From Pyrinomonadaceae bacterium (GTDB lineage Bacteria > Acidobacteriota > Blastocatellia > Pyrinomonadales > Pyrinomonadaceae): a DNA stretch of 64,000 nt. Below the pieces are notes generated by a model. That model saw only the letters and a program-made list of their open reading frames with translations, had not been told where the DNA came from and made no database searches. The first letter of the stretch is position 1, and the number at the start of each line of letters is the position of its first letter. Below are positions 29,659 to 38,822 of the stretch, one piece after another. The position numbers were made by a program, and so were the translations under genes. The stretch is taken from the NCBI GenBank assembly GCA_045807745.1, contig JBJMGT010000015.1, forward strand, positions 197,948 through 261,947. Direction: 5' to 3'.

Positions 29659-29901
29659 TTGCATATACAGATCAACGGCGAAGCCCACGAATTACCGGAG
29701 GAGTTGACGCTGAGCGCTTTAATCGCCAAGCTAGGTCTCACGCCGGAGCGGCTGGCGATTGAGCGTAACCGCGAGGTCGTCCGGCGCGCGCGCTGGGCCG
29801 ACACACAGATCACGGATGGCGATCAGATCGAGATCGTCCATTTTGTCGGCGGCGGCACGAGCGTTGTGAGTCCTAAACGCGCGTGCATGGTCGCTAGTTG
29901 A
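29659..29901 (+). CDS. thiS: ThiS/MoaD-like sulfur-carrier protein with a 14 aa extension beyond the diglycine
   Basis: A TTG start at 29659 is preceded by GGGAGGGGGG SD. (M)[11 protein letters not shown]...[10 protein letters not shown] gives 66 aa to GGG, as in ThiS. It then continues [14 protein letters not shown]. Confidence 0.55.
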   Translation: MHIQINGEAHELPEELTLSALIAKLGLTPERLAIERNREVVRRARWADTQITDGDQIEIVHFVGGGTSVVSPKRACMVAS

Positions 29902-30046
29902 AACATTGCCCCGGAGTTTTATCTTTGCTGCCTCGCCCGCACCGCCCACGATTTTAGAAACCCGACTAGGGCGGATAACGTAATTAATGTCTGACCGTCG
30001 CCCGCATCGCCGCGCCGAACGAAAACGGCCGGCGCGCTGATAGCCG

Positions 30047-30811
30047 GTGCGACAGGCGTGCATCTTGATCGCCACTCTCATCATCATCGTCATCGTCGCC
30101 TTGCTGGCCGCCAGCGCCTTAACCGTCTATCGCCGGCAGCAGAAGCTCTTGGAGGGTCGCGCGCAGCGTGAACTGAAACCCAGAGCACCGCGCAGCCTGT
30201 TCGCCGACACGCAAGAGGCGCTCGATGCCAGCGCCAGCGCCCTGCCGCCGCAATCGACACACAGTTACGTGGAACAGCGCACAGCGTTTTTGGCGCGCGC
30301 CGCGGCCGATGATCTGACGACGCTCGTAGACGCACACCGGACAAATGATGCGGCGCTCTATCGCGTGGTGTTGCATGAGTTGGTTGAGCGTGCGGCCCGG
30401 ACGGACGAGAAGCTGCGCGCGCTCGTCTCGTTTATCAAAGGGCGCACAGACCTGCGCGGGAGCGTCGAACTGGCCGAAGTTTACAGCGCCGTCTGGCAGG
30501 AGACGCCCGACCGCGCGACGACGGCCACGATGCTGCACTTCGCCGCCCTATCCGACGACCCCGACATGTTCCGCAAGGCCGCCGAGATCGCCAGCCTGTT
30601 CTGGCAGAACGGACAGTTGCCGCAACTCACCGGCGCGGAGTTGCGCACGCTGATCGACAGCGAATACTGGGTGCTCTCGTCCGATGCGCGCCGCACCGGC
30701 GCAGGCTTCGTGTTGAAACAGCGCCTTGAAGGACTGCGTCATGAGTTGGCCGACCAGACCGCGCCGGCGACTCAGGCGGATGAGCCTGCGACGCAACCCG
30801 ATGGCATTTAG
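30047..30811 (+). CDS. hypothetical N-terminally membrane-anchored protein
   Basis: 254 aa with a TM anchor ILIATLIIIVIVALLAASAL. The remainder is helical and Ala/Arg-rich. Confidence 0.4.
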   Translation: MRQACILIATLIIIVIVALLAASALTVYRRQQKLLEGRAQRELKPRAPRSLFADTQEALDASASALPPQSTHSYVEQRTAFLARAAADDLTTLVDAHRTNDAALYRVVLHELVERAARTDEKLRALVSFIKGRTDLRGSVELAEVYSAVWQETPDRATTATMLHFAALSDDPDMFRKAAEIASLFWQNGQLPQLTGAELRTLIDSEYWVLSSDARRTGAGFVLKQRLEGLRHELADQTAPATQADEPATQPDGI

Positions 30812-30905
30812 ACCTGTACAGAAACGTTTGCCGTAACTTGTGCGCGTGCATTGTCGGCGCGCTGGCACAGATGCTCAGACTGCTTGTTGGCAAAAGAGGA
30901 GTACC

Positions 30906-33095
30906 ATGAACAACGATCTTTTCTCCTACGTCCCACTGCTAATTGTAGTTGGGATCGCGTTTATCGTCTTGCTCATCATCTTGAGTAAGACGCTCGTCAA
31001 CGTCGGCGCGCGCGAGATCGCGATCAAAGAGCGGCGCTACTTCGGCGCGAAGATGCCGCCCGGTCGCGTGGTCGCCACCGAGGGCGAGGTCGGCATTCAA
31101 GCCGACGTGCTCAAGCCGGGCTTGCATTTCATCAAGTACCCGTTCGAGCGCGTCGTGCGCAAAGTGCCGCTCATCGAGATCGGCTCGGACGAGATGGGCA
31201 TCATCGAAGCCGTGGACGGCGAGCCGATGCAGCCGGGCAGCATCTTCGCGCCCGACCGCGCCGAGAACGCGCACAACAACTTCCAAGACCCGATTGCCTT
31301 TATCAAACGCGGCGGCGTCAAAGGCATTCAACTGCGGACGCTGCCGCCGGGCTTGTGGCCGATTCATCCTTATCTGTTCCGCGTCTCAGTATCGAAGGCG
31401 ACGACGATTCCGCAGGGCAAGGTCGGCGTGATGACAGCGGCCGACGGCGCGCCGCTCGATCCCGGTCGCTTGCTCGGCAAAGCGATTCAAGGGCACGTGA
31501 ACTTTCAGAACGCCGAGCAGTTCATCGCGCACGGCGGGCAAAAAGGTCCACAGGTGGACATTCTGACGCCGGGCACGTATCGCATTCTGACCAACTCGAT
31601 CAGCATCGAAGACGCGAACGTCGTCAAGCCCGGTCTCTTCTTCGTGCGCCTCTACGACGCGACCATGATCAGCGAGAATGGGATCGGTCTCGTCGAAGCG
31701 CTCGACGGTGGCCAACTCGATCCGCGCGATTACGTGGCCACGACCGTTGATGGGCACGACAATTTTCAAGACGGGCATGAGTTCATCGGTCATGGCGGGC
31801 AGCGCGGGCCGCAGAAAGACATACTGCTGCCGGGCACTTACTACATCAACCCGCTACTTTTCAAAGTCATCCCGGAGAGCGCGAAGGAAGTGAAGCCGGG
31901 CGAGGTTGCGGTCGTCGTCTCGAACGTCGGCAAAGACCCCGGCGACGACATCCGCCGCGAGATGGCGAAGAAAGTACGCCAGCGCATGGAGCGCGAAGAG
32001 CAAGAACAGGCCGAGCAGTCAGCCAAGCGCCTCGACAAGATCGAAGACCACAAGACGGCGGAAGAGATCAAAGCCGAGTTGATGACGGGCGACCCGGCCG
32101 ACCGCCGCTTGGACGAAGGCGCGCATGAAGCCTATGTCGTGCCCGAAGGCTATCGCGGCATTCAAGAGACGGTCGTCGGCCCCGGTCGCTACTACGTCAA
32201 CACGTTGGCGATCACGCCGATCATCATCCCGACGACGAACCAGACCGTCGAATGGACGGCGGGCGAAGTCGTCAACACGTTCAACCCGTTCGAGGTCATC
32301 TCGAAAGACGGCTTCACGATGCAGTTGGAAGTGCGCGTCGTCTTCCGCGTCAAGCCGGAAGATGCGCCGTTCATGGTCGCCAAGATCGGCGGCATTGATC
32401 GATTGATCCAGAACGTGATGCATCCGCTGATCGATTCGATCTTCCGCAACCAAGCGTCGGAGTCGTCGGCGATGGCGTACCTGCAAAACCGGCACGAGGA
32501 GCAGGAGCGCGCCGAAGCACGCGTGCGCGCGCACCTGTTGAAGTATCACGTGGACGTGGTGAACGTCTTGATCTGCCACATTCATCTGCCCGAAGAGTTG
32601 ATGAAGACGCAGACCGAGAAGATTCTCGCCGAGCAGCGTCAGAACATGTACGACGCACAGCGCGAGGCTGAAGAGAAGCGCATTCAACTGGCGCGCATCA
32701 GCGCACAGGCCGACAACCAGAAAGACCTGATGGCGGCCACCGTCGGCGTCGAAATCTCTGGCAAGCGCGCCGAGCAGCGCCGCGCCGAAGGCGAGGGCGA
32801 GGCGCACTACATTCTCGCCACAGGTAAAGCCGAAGCCGAGAAGGTGCGTTTGATGGGCGAGGCGCAGGGCGTCGCCTACAAGGAGCAGGTCAACGCGCTT
32901 GGCGCACAGGGCGTCGCGCTCGTCGAGACATTGAAAGTTATCGGCGAGAAGGGCGTCCGCATCACACCCGACGTAATGGCCACGGGCGGCGGCGATGGCG
33001 GCGGCGGCTTAGGCACGCTCTTGCTCTTGAACCTTTTCCGCGACCGCCTCAACCTGCCGGCCGAGAACGGCTCGAAGGCGACAATCAAGAGCTAG
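30906..33095 (+). CDS. SPFH / band-7 flotillin-like (YqiK-like) membrane protein with a triplicated N-terminal module
   Basis: An N-terminal TM is followed by an SPFH-like start (GLHFIKYPFERV). Three ~105 aa repeats each contain NFQ(D/N)...FI.HGG.(K/R)GPQ...L.PGTY. The C-terminus has flotillin-like EA-rich coiled coils. Start taken at MNNDLFSY (30906). Confidence 0.55.
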   Translation: MNNDLFSYVPLLIVVGIAFIVLLIILSKTLVNVGAREIAIKERRYFGAKMPPGRVVATEGEVGIQADVLKPGLHFIKYPFERVVRKVPLIEIGSDEMGIIEAVDGEPMQPGSIFAPDRAENAHNNFQDPIAFIKRGGVKGIQLRTLPPGLWPIHPYLFRVSVSKATTIPQGKVGVMTAADGAPLDPGRLLGKAIQGHVNFQNAEQFIAHGGQKGPQVDILTPGTYRILTNSISIEDANVVKPGLFFVRLYDATMISENGIGLVEALDGGQLDPRDYVATTVDGHDNFQDGHEFIGHGGQRGPQKDILLPGTYYINPLLFKVIPESAKEVKPGEVAVVVSNVGKDPGDDIRREMAKKVRQRMEREEQEQAEQSAKRLDKIEDHKTAEEIKAELMTGDPADRRLDEGAHEAYVVPEGYRGIQETVVGPGRYYVNTLAITPIIIPTTNQTVEWTAGEVVNTFNPFEVISKDGFTMQLEVRVVFRVKPEDAPFMVAKIGGIDRLIQNVMHPLIDSIFRNQASESSAMAYLQNRHEEQERAEARVRAHLLKYHVDVVNVLICHIHLPEELMKTQTEKILAEQRQNMYDAQREAEEKRIQLARISAQADNQKDLMAATVGVEISGKRAEQRRAEGEGEAHYILATGKAEAEKVRLMGEAQGVAYKEQVNALGAQGVALVETLKVIGEKGVRITPDVMATGGGDGGGGLGTLLLLNLFRDRLNLPAENGSKATIKS

Positions 33096-33113
33096 ACATC
33101 GATCAAACGTAGC

Positions 33114-33157
33114 AAAAGGCGGCGGCCGTTCTCGTAACGGTCGCCGCTTGGTTTTTC
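33114..33157 (+). terminator. rho-independent terminator
   Basis: aaaaGGCGGCGGCCGTTctcgtAACGGTCGCCGCttggttttt, located downstream of the flotillin-like gene. Confidence 0.55.
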
Positions 33158-33431
33158 TGCCTTTTTCCCAAGATAAAGACATGTCAGCCGGGATATTTCG
33201 CTTTTTTTTCCGGATTTAGCGGCGTGTTCTGCGCTATACCATCCCGCAAGGCCGAGTCTAATATTGGGGCAGGTAGACTACCCGCCCGCCAACCGCTGCT
33301 CTGACGTTGCCCTGCGCTCTTGCCGTAGAAGGAGATTTGCCCCAGTGCCCTCGAAAATTATAGAAGTGTGTCGGCGACCGAATCTCCCGCCCGTCGTCTT
33401 TATGCTCCGCTCATAAAAGGATGTACCCTCG

Positions 33432-36400
33432 ATGAATATCAAGCATCGCGCGCGAAGACTGTTGGTTCTCGCCCTGTTTTTGGCGAGCGTGCCGTTTTTT
33501 CTCTCTACGCCTAACGTGCCGAAGGCGGACGAGAACCTCGTAGCAAGGGCTGCGGCTACCCTTCTCTCTTCCACGTCATTTACCTCAGATGCCCCGACCA
33601 AGGCGTGGCAGGAGAATCAGAAGCACGGACAAGATGCGCGGCAGAACTCCGCCGATGATGGCGCTGCTGCGGCACGAGTCAGAGATGCACGCAAGGGGCT
33701 GGTGCGGCTTCGAGGCGAGGTGCCGGCCGCGCTCGCCAGTGCCGAGAGACTTCACGGAGCCGCGCGCGACGACAGCCCTCTGGCACTCACCGTCGTGCTC
33801 GACCGGACTGACCAACAGGGCTTCGAGGCCTTCCTGCGCGGTGTGCAAGACTCGCAGTCGCCAACGTACCGTCACTATCTCAGCCCGCGCGAACAGGCCC
33901 GTCGCTTCGGGCCGAGTCCGCAGGCTTATGATGCGGTGCTCGCGTGGCTTCGGCGGAAGGGTTTCAGGCTGTTGGAAGGCTCTGCGAACCGGCTGACGCT
34001 GACCGTGCGTGCGACGCGGGCGCGCGCACAGCAGGCGTTCGGCGTAGAGATCGGCGATTACCAGATCGGTAACAGAACTTTTTACGCCAACGACCGTGAT
34101 CCCGTCGTGCCAGAACAGATCGCCCCATACGTCCAAGCGGTCATTGGCCTCTCGAACTTGGCGGAGCCGGGGGCGAGCGATGAAGAAGTAAACTCCGGCT
34201 ACTGCTCGGCGTATGCGGAGGCCGGGGCCCCCAACGACCCGACCTACCAAGGCTGTTTGCTACGACATCCGTCGATTTGTTTCGAGGGAGAATGTGTGTC
34301 CCAGTGTGACATATTGCTGCATGATATTAAAAAAAATCTCTTCCAAGCTTGCATGAAAAATCATGGGCAAGGGCCGTCTAGCGGCGGAAATGGCCCGAAC
34401 TCCGGTGGCTCGAACTCCTCTTCTTTCTCGGCCCCACAACTGCTCCCGGCACAAGCGGCAGCCGCTCTGCGCTGGCTCGACGTGAATGGCACGGGCCAGA
34501 CCGTTGGCCTGCTGGAGTTCGACACCTTCAACCGCAATGACATCCGCGACTATCTCGCGCTCGCCGGTTACCCGTCGTCGGACATCAACCGCTTGAGCCA
34601 AGTGCATGTTAACGGCGGCGCACCGCTGGGGGCGGAAGAGTCCGAGGTGTTAATTGACATCATCGCCGTGATGGTCAACGCGCGCGGCGCGAATGTAGTC
34701 GTCTATGATGCCCCGTTCACCGGCAATAGCACGAACTTCCAAGCGCTCTTCAATCGGATGATCGGCGACGGCGTTACGGTCATCAGTAATAGCTGGTCGT
34801 ACTGTGAGGATCAGACGACGTTGGCCGACGCGCAGAGTCTTGACGCAATCCTTGCCAGCGCCGCGGCTGCCGGCATCAGCGTCTTTAACGGCAGCGGCGA
34901 CAGCGGTAGCACTTGCCTCGACGGCAGCGCCAACACGATTGGCGTCCCGGCCGATTCACCACACGCGACGGCCGTCGGAGGCACATCGTTAATATTGGGG
35001 CCCGCCCTGACCTATGGTCATGAGACCGCGTGGCTCGGACTGGGCAATATCCCTCCCACCGGGCAAGGCGGCTTCGGCGTCAGCCGGTTCTTCAGCCGGC
35101 CGACTTATCAGAATGGATTCAACAGCTCCCCTATGCGGTCGATACCGGACGTCGGCGTCAACGCCGATCCCGCGAACGGCATCGAAATCTGTCAGGCGGA
35201 CGCAGGCGGCTGCCCGACGGGTTTACGCTACGGCGGCACGAGTTTGTCGGCTCCACTCTGGGCTGCGTTTGCGGCCCTGCTGAATCAGGCGCAAGGGCAG
35301 AATCTCGGCCAGCTTAATCCTTTACTGTACCCGCTCGGCAACACCGACGCCTTCCACTCGGCGACGAGCATGGGCAGCGACTTCCAGCACGTCGGACTCG
35401 GCTCACCGAATCTGAATCTGATGCACCGTACGTTGAGCGGCAAGACGGTTGGGGGCGTGAGTTCCTCGGTCTCCGAGATCAGCGCGGAGCCGCTTAACGT
35501 GGTGGCTGACGGCACTGCGGAATCGTTCGTTGTCGTGCGGCTGCGGGACGCGGATGGGCACACCGTGAGCGGCAAAACGGTGACGCTCGCGGCGGGCGCG
35601 GGCGCGCACGCAACGATTACCCCGGCCAGCGGCGTGTCCAACGTCTCGAACGGCGCGGTCATCTTCTCGCTCAAGGACACAGTCCCAGAGATAGTGACCT
35701 TCACGGCCACGGACACGACAGACAGCGTCGTCTTGCAGAAACAGGTGCAGGTCGCTTTCGTCGCGCGGCCCGCGACGGCCGGCGGCATCAGCGCCAGCCC
35801 ATCAACCGTCAACGCGAACGGCAGCGACATGACGACGATCACGGTGACGTTGCAGGACGCGAACGGCAATCCGTCGCCGGGCAAGGTGGTCAACCTCTCG
35901 CAAGGCAACGGCGCTTCCATCATCACGACGACCACGGCGACCACGGACGCGACGGGCAAGGTGCAGTTCACGGCTGTCTCGAATAAAGCTGAGACCGTGA
36001 CCTACACCGCGGTTGACGTCACCGACCGCAATCTGCCGATTCCGGGCAGCGCCATTGTCAATTTCGTCAACGCTTCAGGTTTCTGCGGCAGGAATGAAGT
36101 TGGTACGGCCGCCCCCGGCTACAGCGTCTCGACCTTTGCGAGCAACTTCCCGCTAGATTGCTTCTCGCCCAAGGCCCCCATCGGTCTCGCCTTTGACGCC
36201 AACGGCAACCTGTTTGTCGGTGACGTTAATAACAACAGCATCTACAGCTTCGGGCCGCAGGGTGGCATCGCCGGCCCGGCGACGCTGGTCGTGACAGTTC
36301 CATCATCGTTCGGCGCGAGCCTTGCTGGGCTGACTTTCGCGAAAGACGGCCGACTCTACGCGGGCCTGAACAATGGCAGCAACATAGTTGAAGTGAATCC

Positions 36401-38753
36401 GGCTACGGGCGCGGTCATTCGCGTCGTCGCTACCCTGCCGGATGGCCCGCTAGACCTGCATGTGGACCCACTGAGCGGAGACCTCTTCGTCTCGGTTTTC
36501 GGCGGCATCTATCGCATCACGAACTTCAATAATGGTCCCGGCACAGTGACGCTTTATTTTCAAGGCGGTTTTATTGATGGATTTGTCTTCGCCCCCGACG
36601 GCACGATCTATCTGAAGGGCGGCACCGAAGGCATCTTCCGCGTGACCGGCACTAACACGCAGAATCCCGGAACGGCGACGCAACTCGCATTCGTTGTCGG
36701 CGGCCCTGACGGCATCGCACTTGAGCAGAACCCGGCCAACCCGGCCAAACCGTTCCTCTACGTGAACCGCAACGACGGCATCATCACGCGGATTGACACA
36801 AGCGCTTTGCCGCCGAACGCGATCAATTGTAATGACGCGGGCGCACCATGCACAAACATCTACACGGGCGGCTCGCGCGGCGATTTCGTCACGGTTGGCC
36901 CGAGCGGCTGCCTCTACGCGACGCAGAGTGACCGGGTCATCAGAGTCACTAAAGCCGACGGGACGTGCAGTCTCTCGCCCACGAACCCCGCCCCGCAGAT
37001 CGTGCTCACGCCTGAAAGCGTGCAGCCTTCGCCGGTGCAAGGCACGACCGTGACCTTGACGGCCACGGTGAAGAACGTCGCCAATCCTGCGGGCATACCG
37101 GTCACCCTGTTCGTGAATGGGGCCAACCCGAGTGCCCATCTGGTCAGAACAGACACGAACGGGAACGTCACCTTCACTTACACCGGGGTCTCGACCGGCA
37201 CGGATCAGTCCTTCGCGGCTGCCGACCTCGGCGGCTCGACGATCTTCTCAAATGACGCGAAGGTGACATGGACACCGGGCAAGCACAGCACGTTCCTGAG
37301 CGTGAATCTAAGCCCGACGAGTGGCACTGTGAATAGACCGCTGACGCTCGCCGCCACGCTCGCTGACATCTCGACCGCGCCCATAGATAAGGTCGGTGGG
37401 GTTCCGCTCAACTTCTCGCTCGCGGGCCAAATCTGCACGGGCACGACTGATGCCAACGGGACGGCCGCCTGTACGATAACGCCTAACGTCGCGGCCGGCT
37501 CCTATCAACTCGAAGTAACTTTCGCGGGGACGAGCGCGCTGTTGGCCAGTTCCGCGAAGAAGACTGTTGACCTGATAGAGACGCCGGTCGTCCTGCCTGC
37601 CATTCGGTTCAGCAACGCTAACTACCAAGTCGGTGAGGGCGACGGGCGCGTAGTGGTTACAGTCAATCGAAGCGGCGACACCTCCGGTGCTGTCTCGGTG
37701 GGCTACCAGACGTTGGATACTGACGCGTTCAGATTCGGGTGTGCAGATACGGTGAATAATCAGGGCGGGGCATACGGGCGCTGCGACTACGCCACCGTGG
37801 TCGGTACGCTAAACTTTGCGGCAGGTGAGACCAGCAAGAACATCACCGTGCCCATCATTGACGACGTGTACGTCGAAGGCAACGAGACATTCCAGATCAC
37901 ACTCGCTAACGCCGTCGCCGCGACCTTAGGAACGCCCGCGAACGCCACCGTCACCATCACAGACAACGACACGGCCGCCGGTGCGCCCAACCCGATCTTC
38001 CGCGGGGACTTCTTCGTCCGCCAGCACTACCTCGACTTCCTCTCACGCGAGCCGGAGGCGGCTGGGCTGGCGGCATGGCTCAACGTCTTGAACAACTGTC
38101 CGGACGTAAACAACACCGACCCGAACAGCCCTTCGGCAACTTGCGACCGCATCCTCGTCTCGCAGTCCTTCTTCGGCTCGCCGGAGTTCCAACTGAAGGG
38201 CACGTTCGTCTTCCGCTTCTACCGGCTGGCATTCAACCGCTTGCCGCGCTACAGCGAGATCGTCTTTGACATGAGCGCGGTGACGGGGCGGACGGCCGCC
38301 GACACCTTCGCGCGCAAGGCGGCCTTCACCGACTCGTTCGCCCAGCGGCAGGAGTTCACCGCCGCCTATGGTGGCCTGTCGAATACTGACTACGTGAATG
38401 CGCTGCTAGGCCGTTACGGGCTGACGCAGATCACTTGCCCCGACCCGGCCGCGCCCGACGGCATGGCGAAGGTGACGCTCACGACGAGCGAGCTGACGGG
38501 CCAACTCAACGCCGGCACGCTGACGCGGGCGCAGGTGCTCAGGGCCGTAGCCGACAGCGATCAAGTAGGCGCGGCGGAGTTCACCCGCGCCTTCGTTGCC
38601 GCCGAGTACTACGGGTATCTGCGGCGCACACCCGACACACCCGGCTACAATGCGTGGCTCAATTACCTGACCACACATCCGACCGATGCGCGCACGATGG
38701 TCAACGGCTTCTTGAACTCCCAAGAGTACAAGTTGAGGTTCGGGCCACCGTAA
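33432..38753 (+). CDS. giant secreted multidomain S53 (sedolisin / kumamolisin-like) peptidase with Big, NHL-like, Calx-beta and DUF4214 modules
   Basis: Signal peptide. Pro-kumamolisin activation-like segment (LTVVLDRTDQQGFEAFLRGVQD...). S53 catalytic Ser motif GGTSLSAPLWAA. Repeated Ig-like domains. NHL-like LAFDANGNLFVGD. A Calx-beta-like block (GTLNFAAGETSKNITVPIIDD). DUF4214-like C-terminus (FVRQHYLDFLSREPEAAGLAAW). Confidence 0.7.
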   Translation: MNIKHRARRLLVLALFLASVPFFLSTPNVPKADENLVARAAATLLSSTSFTSDAPTKAWQENQKHGQDARQNSADDGAAAARVRDARKGLVRLRGEVPAALASAERLHGAARDDSPLALTVVLDRTDQQGFEAFLRGVQDSQSPTYRHYLSPREQARRFGPSPQAYDAVLAWLRRKGFRLLEGSANRLTLTVRATRARAQQAFGVEIGDYQIGNRTFYANDRDPVVPEQIAPYVQAVIGLSNLAEPGASDEEVNSGYCSAYAEAGAPNDPTYQGCLLRHPSICFEGECVSQCDILLHDIKKNLFQACMKNHGQGPSSGGNGPNSGGSNSSSFSAPQLLPAQAAAALRWLDVNGTGQTVGLLEFDTFNRNDIRDYLALAGYPSSDINRLSQVHVNGGAPLGAEESEVLIDIIAVMVNARGANVVVYDAPFTGNSTNFQALFNRMIGDGVTVISNSWSYCEDQTTLADAQSLDAILASAAAAGISVFNGSGDSGSTCLDGSANTIGVPADSPHATAVGGTSLILGPALTYGHETAWLGLGNIPPTGQGGFGVSRFFSRPTYQNGFNSSPMRSIPDVGVNADPANGIEICQADAGGCPTGLRYGGTSLSAPLWAAFAALLNQAQGQNLGQLNPLLYPLGNTDAFHSATSMGSDFQHVGLGSPNLNLMHRTLSGKTVGGVSSSVSEISAEPLNVVADGTAESFVVVRLRDADGHTVSGKTVTLAAGAGAHATITPASGVSNVSNGAVIFSLKDTVPEIVTFTATDTTDSVVLQKQVQVAFVARPATAGGISASPSTVNANGSDMTTITVTLQDANGNPSPGKVVNLSQGNGASIITTTTATTDATGKVQFTAVSNKAETVTYTAVDVTDRNLPIPGSAIVNFVNASGFCGRNEVGTAAPGYSVSTFASNFPLDCFSPKAPIGLAFDANGNLFVGDVNNNSIYSFGPQGGIAGPATLVVTVPSSFGASLAGLTFAKDGRLYAGLNNGSNIVEVNPATGAVIRVVATLPDGPLDLHVDPLSGDLFVSVFGGIYRITNFNNGPGTVTLYFQGGFIDGFVFAPDGTIYLKGGTEGIFRVTGTNTQNPGTATQLAFVVGGPDGIALEQNPANPAKPFLYVNRNDGIITRIDTSALPPNAINCNDAGAPCTNIYTGGSRGDFVTVGPSGCLYATQSDRVIRVTKADGTCSLSPTNPAPQIVLTPESVQPSPVQGTTVTLTATVKNVANPAGIPVTLFVNGANPSAHLVRTDTNGNVTFTYTGVSTGTDQSFAAADLGGSTIFSNDAKVTWTPGKHSTFLSVNLSPTSGTVNRPLTLAATLADISTAPIDKVGGVPLNFSLAGQICTGTTDANGTAACTITPNVAAGSYQLEVTFAGTSALLASSAKKTVDLIETPVVLPAIRFSNANYQVGEGDGRVVVTVNRSGDTSGAVSVGYQTLDTDAFRFGCADTVNNQGGAYGRCDYATVVGTLNFAAGETSKNITVPIIDDVYVEGNETFQITLANAVAATLGTPANATVTITDNDTAAGAPNPIFRGDFFVRQHYLDFLSREPEAAGLAAWLNVLNNCPDVNNTDPNSPSATCDRILVSQSFFGSPEFQLKGTFVFRFYRLAFNRLPRYSEIVFDMSAVTGRTAADTFARKAAFTDSFAQRQEFTAAYGGLSNTDYVNALLGRYGLTQITCPDPAAPDGMAKVTLTTSELTGQLNAGTLTRAQVLRAVADSDQVGAAEFTRAFVAAEYYGYLRRTPDTPGYNAWLNYLTTHPTDARTMVNGFLNSQEYKLRFGPP

Positions 38754-38780
38754 CGGCTATATGGCATCGGAGCGGTGCGC

Positions 38781-38822
38781 CGAAAAGAGCAACAGGGGCC
38801 CGCGTTATAGCCCAACGCGGGC
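38781..38822 (-). terminator. terminator hairpin overlapping the stop of the CadC-like gene
   Basis: GGCCCGCGTT-atagccc-AACGCGGGCC, followed on the minus strand by a CTTTTCG U-run. Confidence 0.4.
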
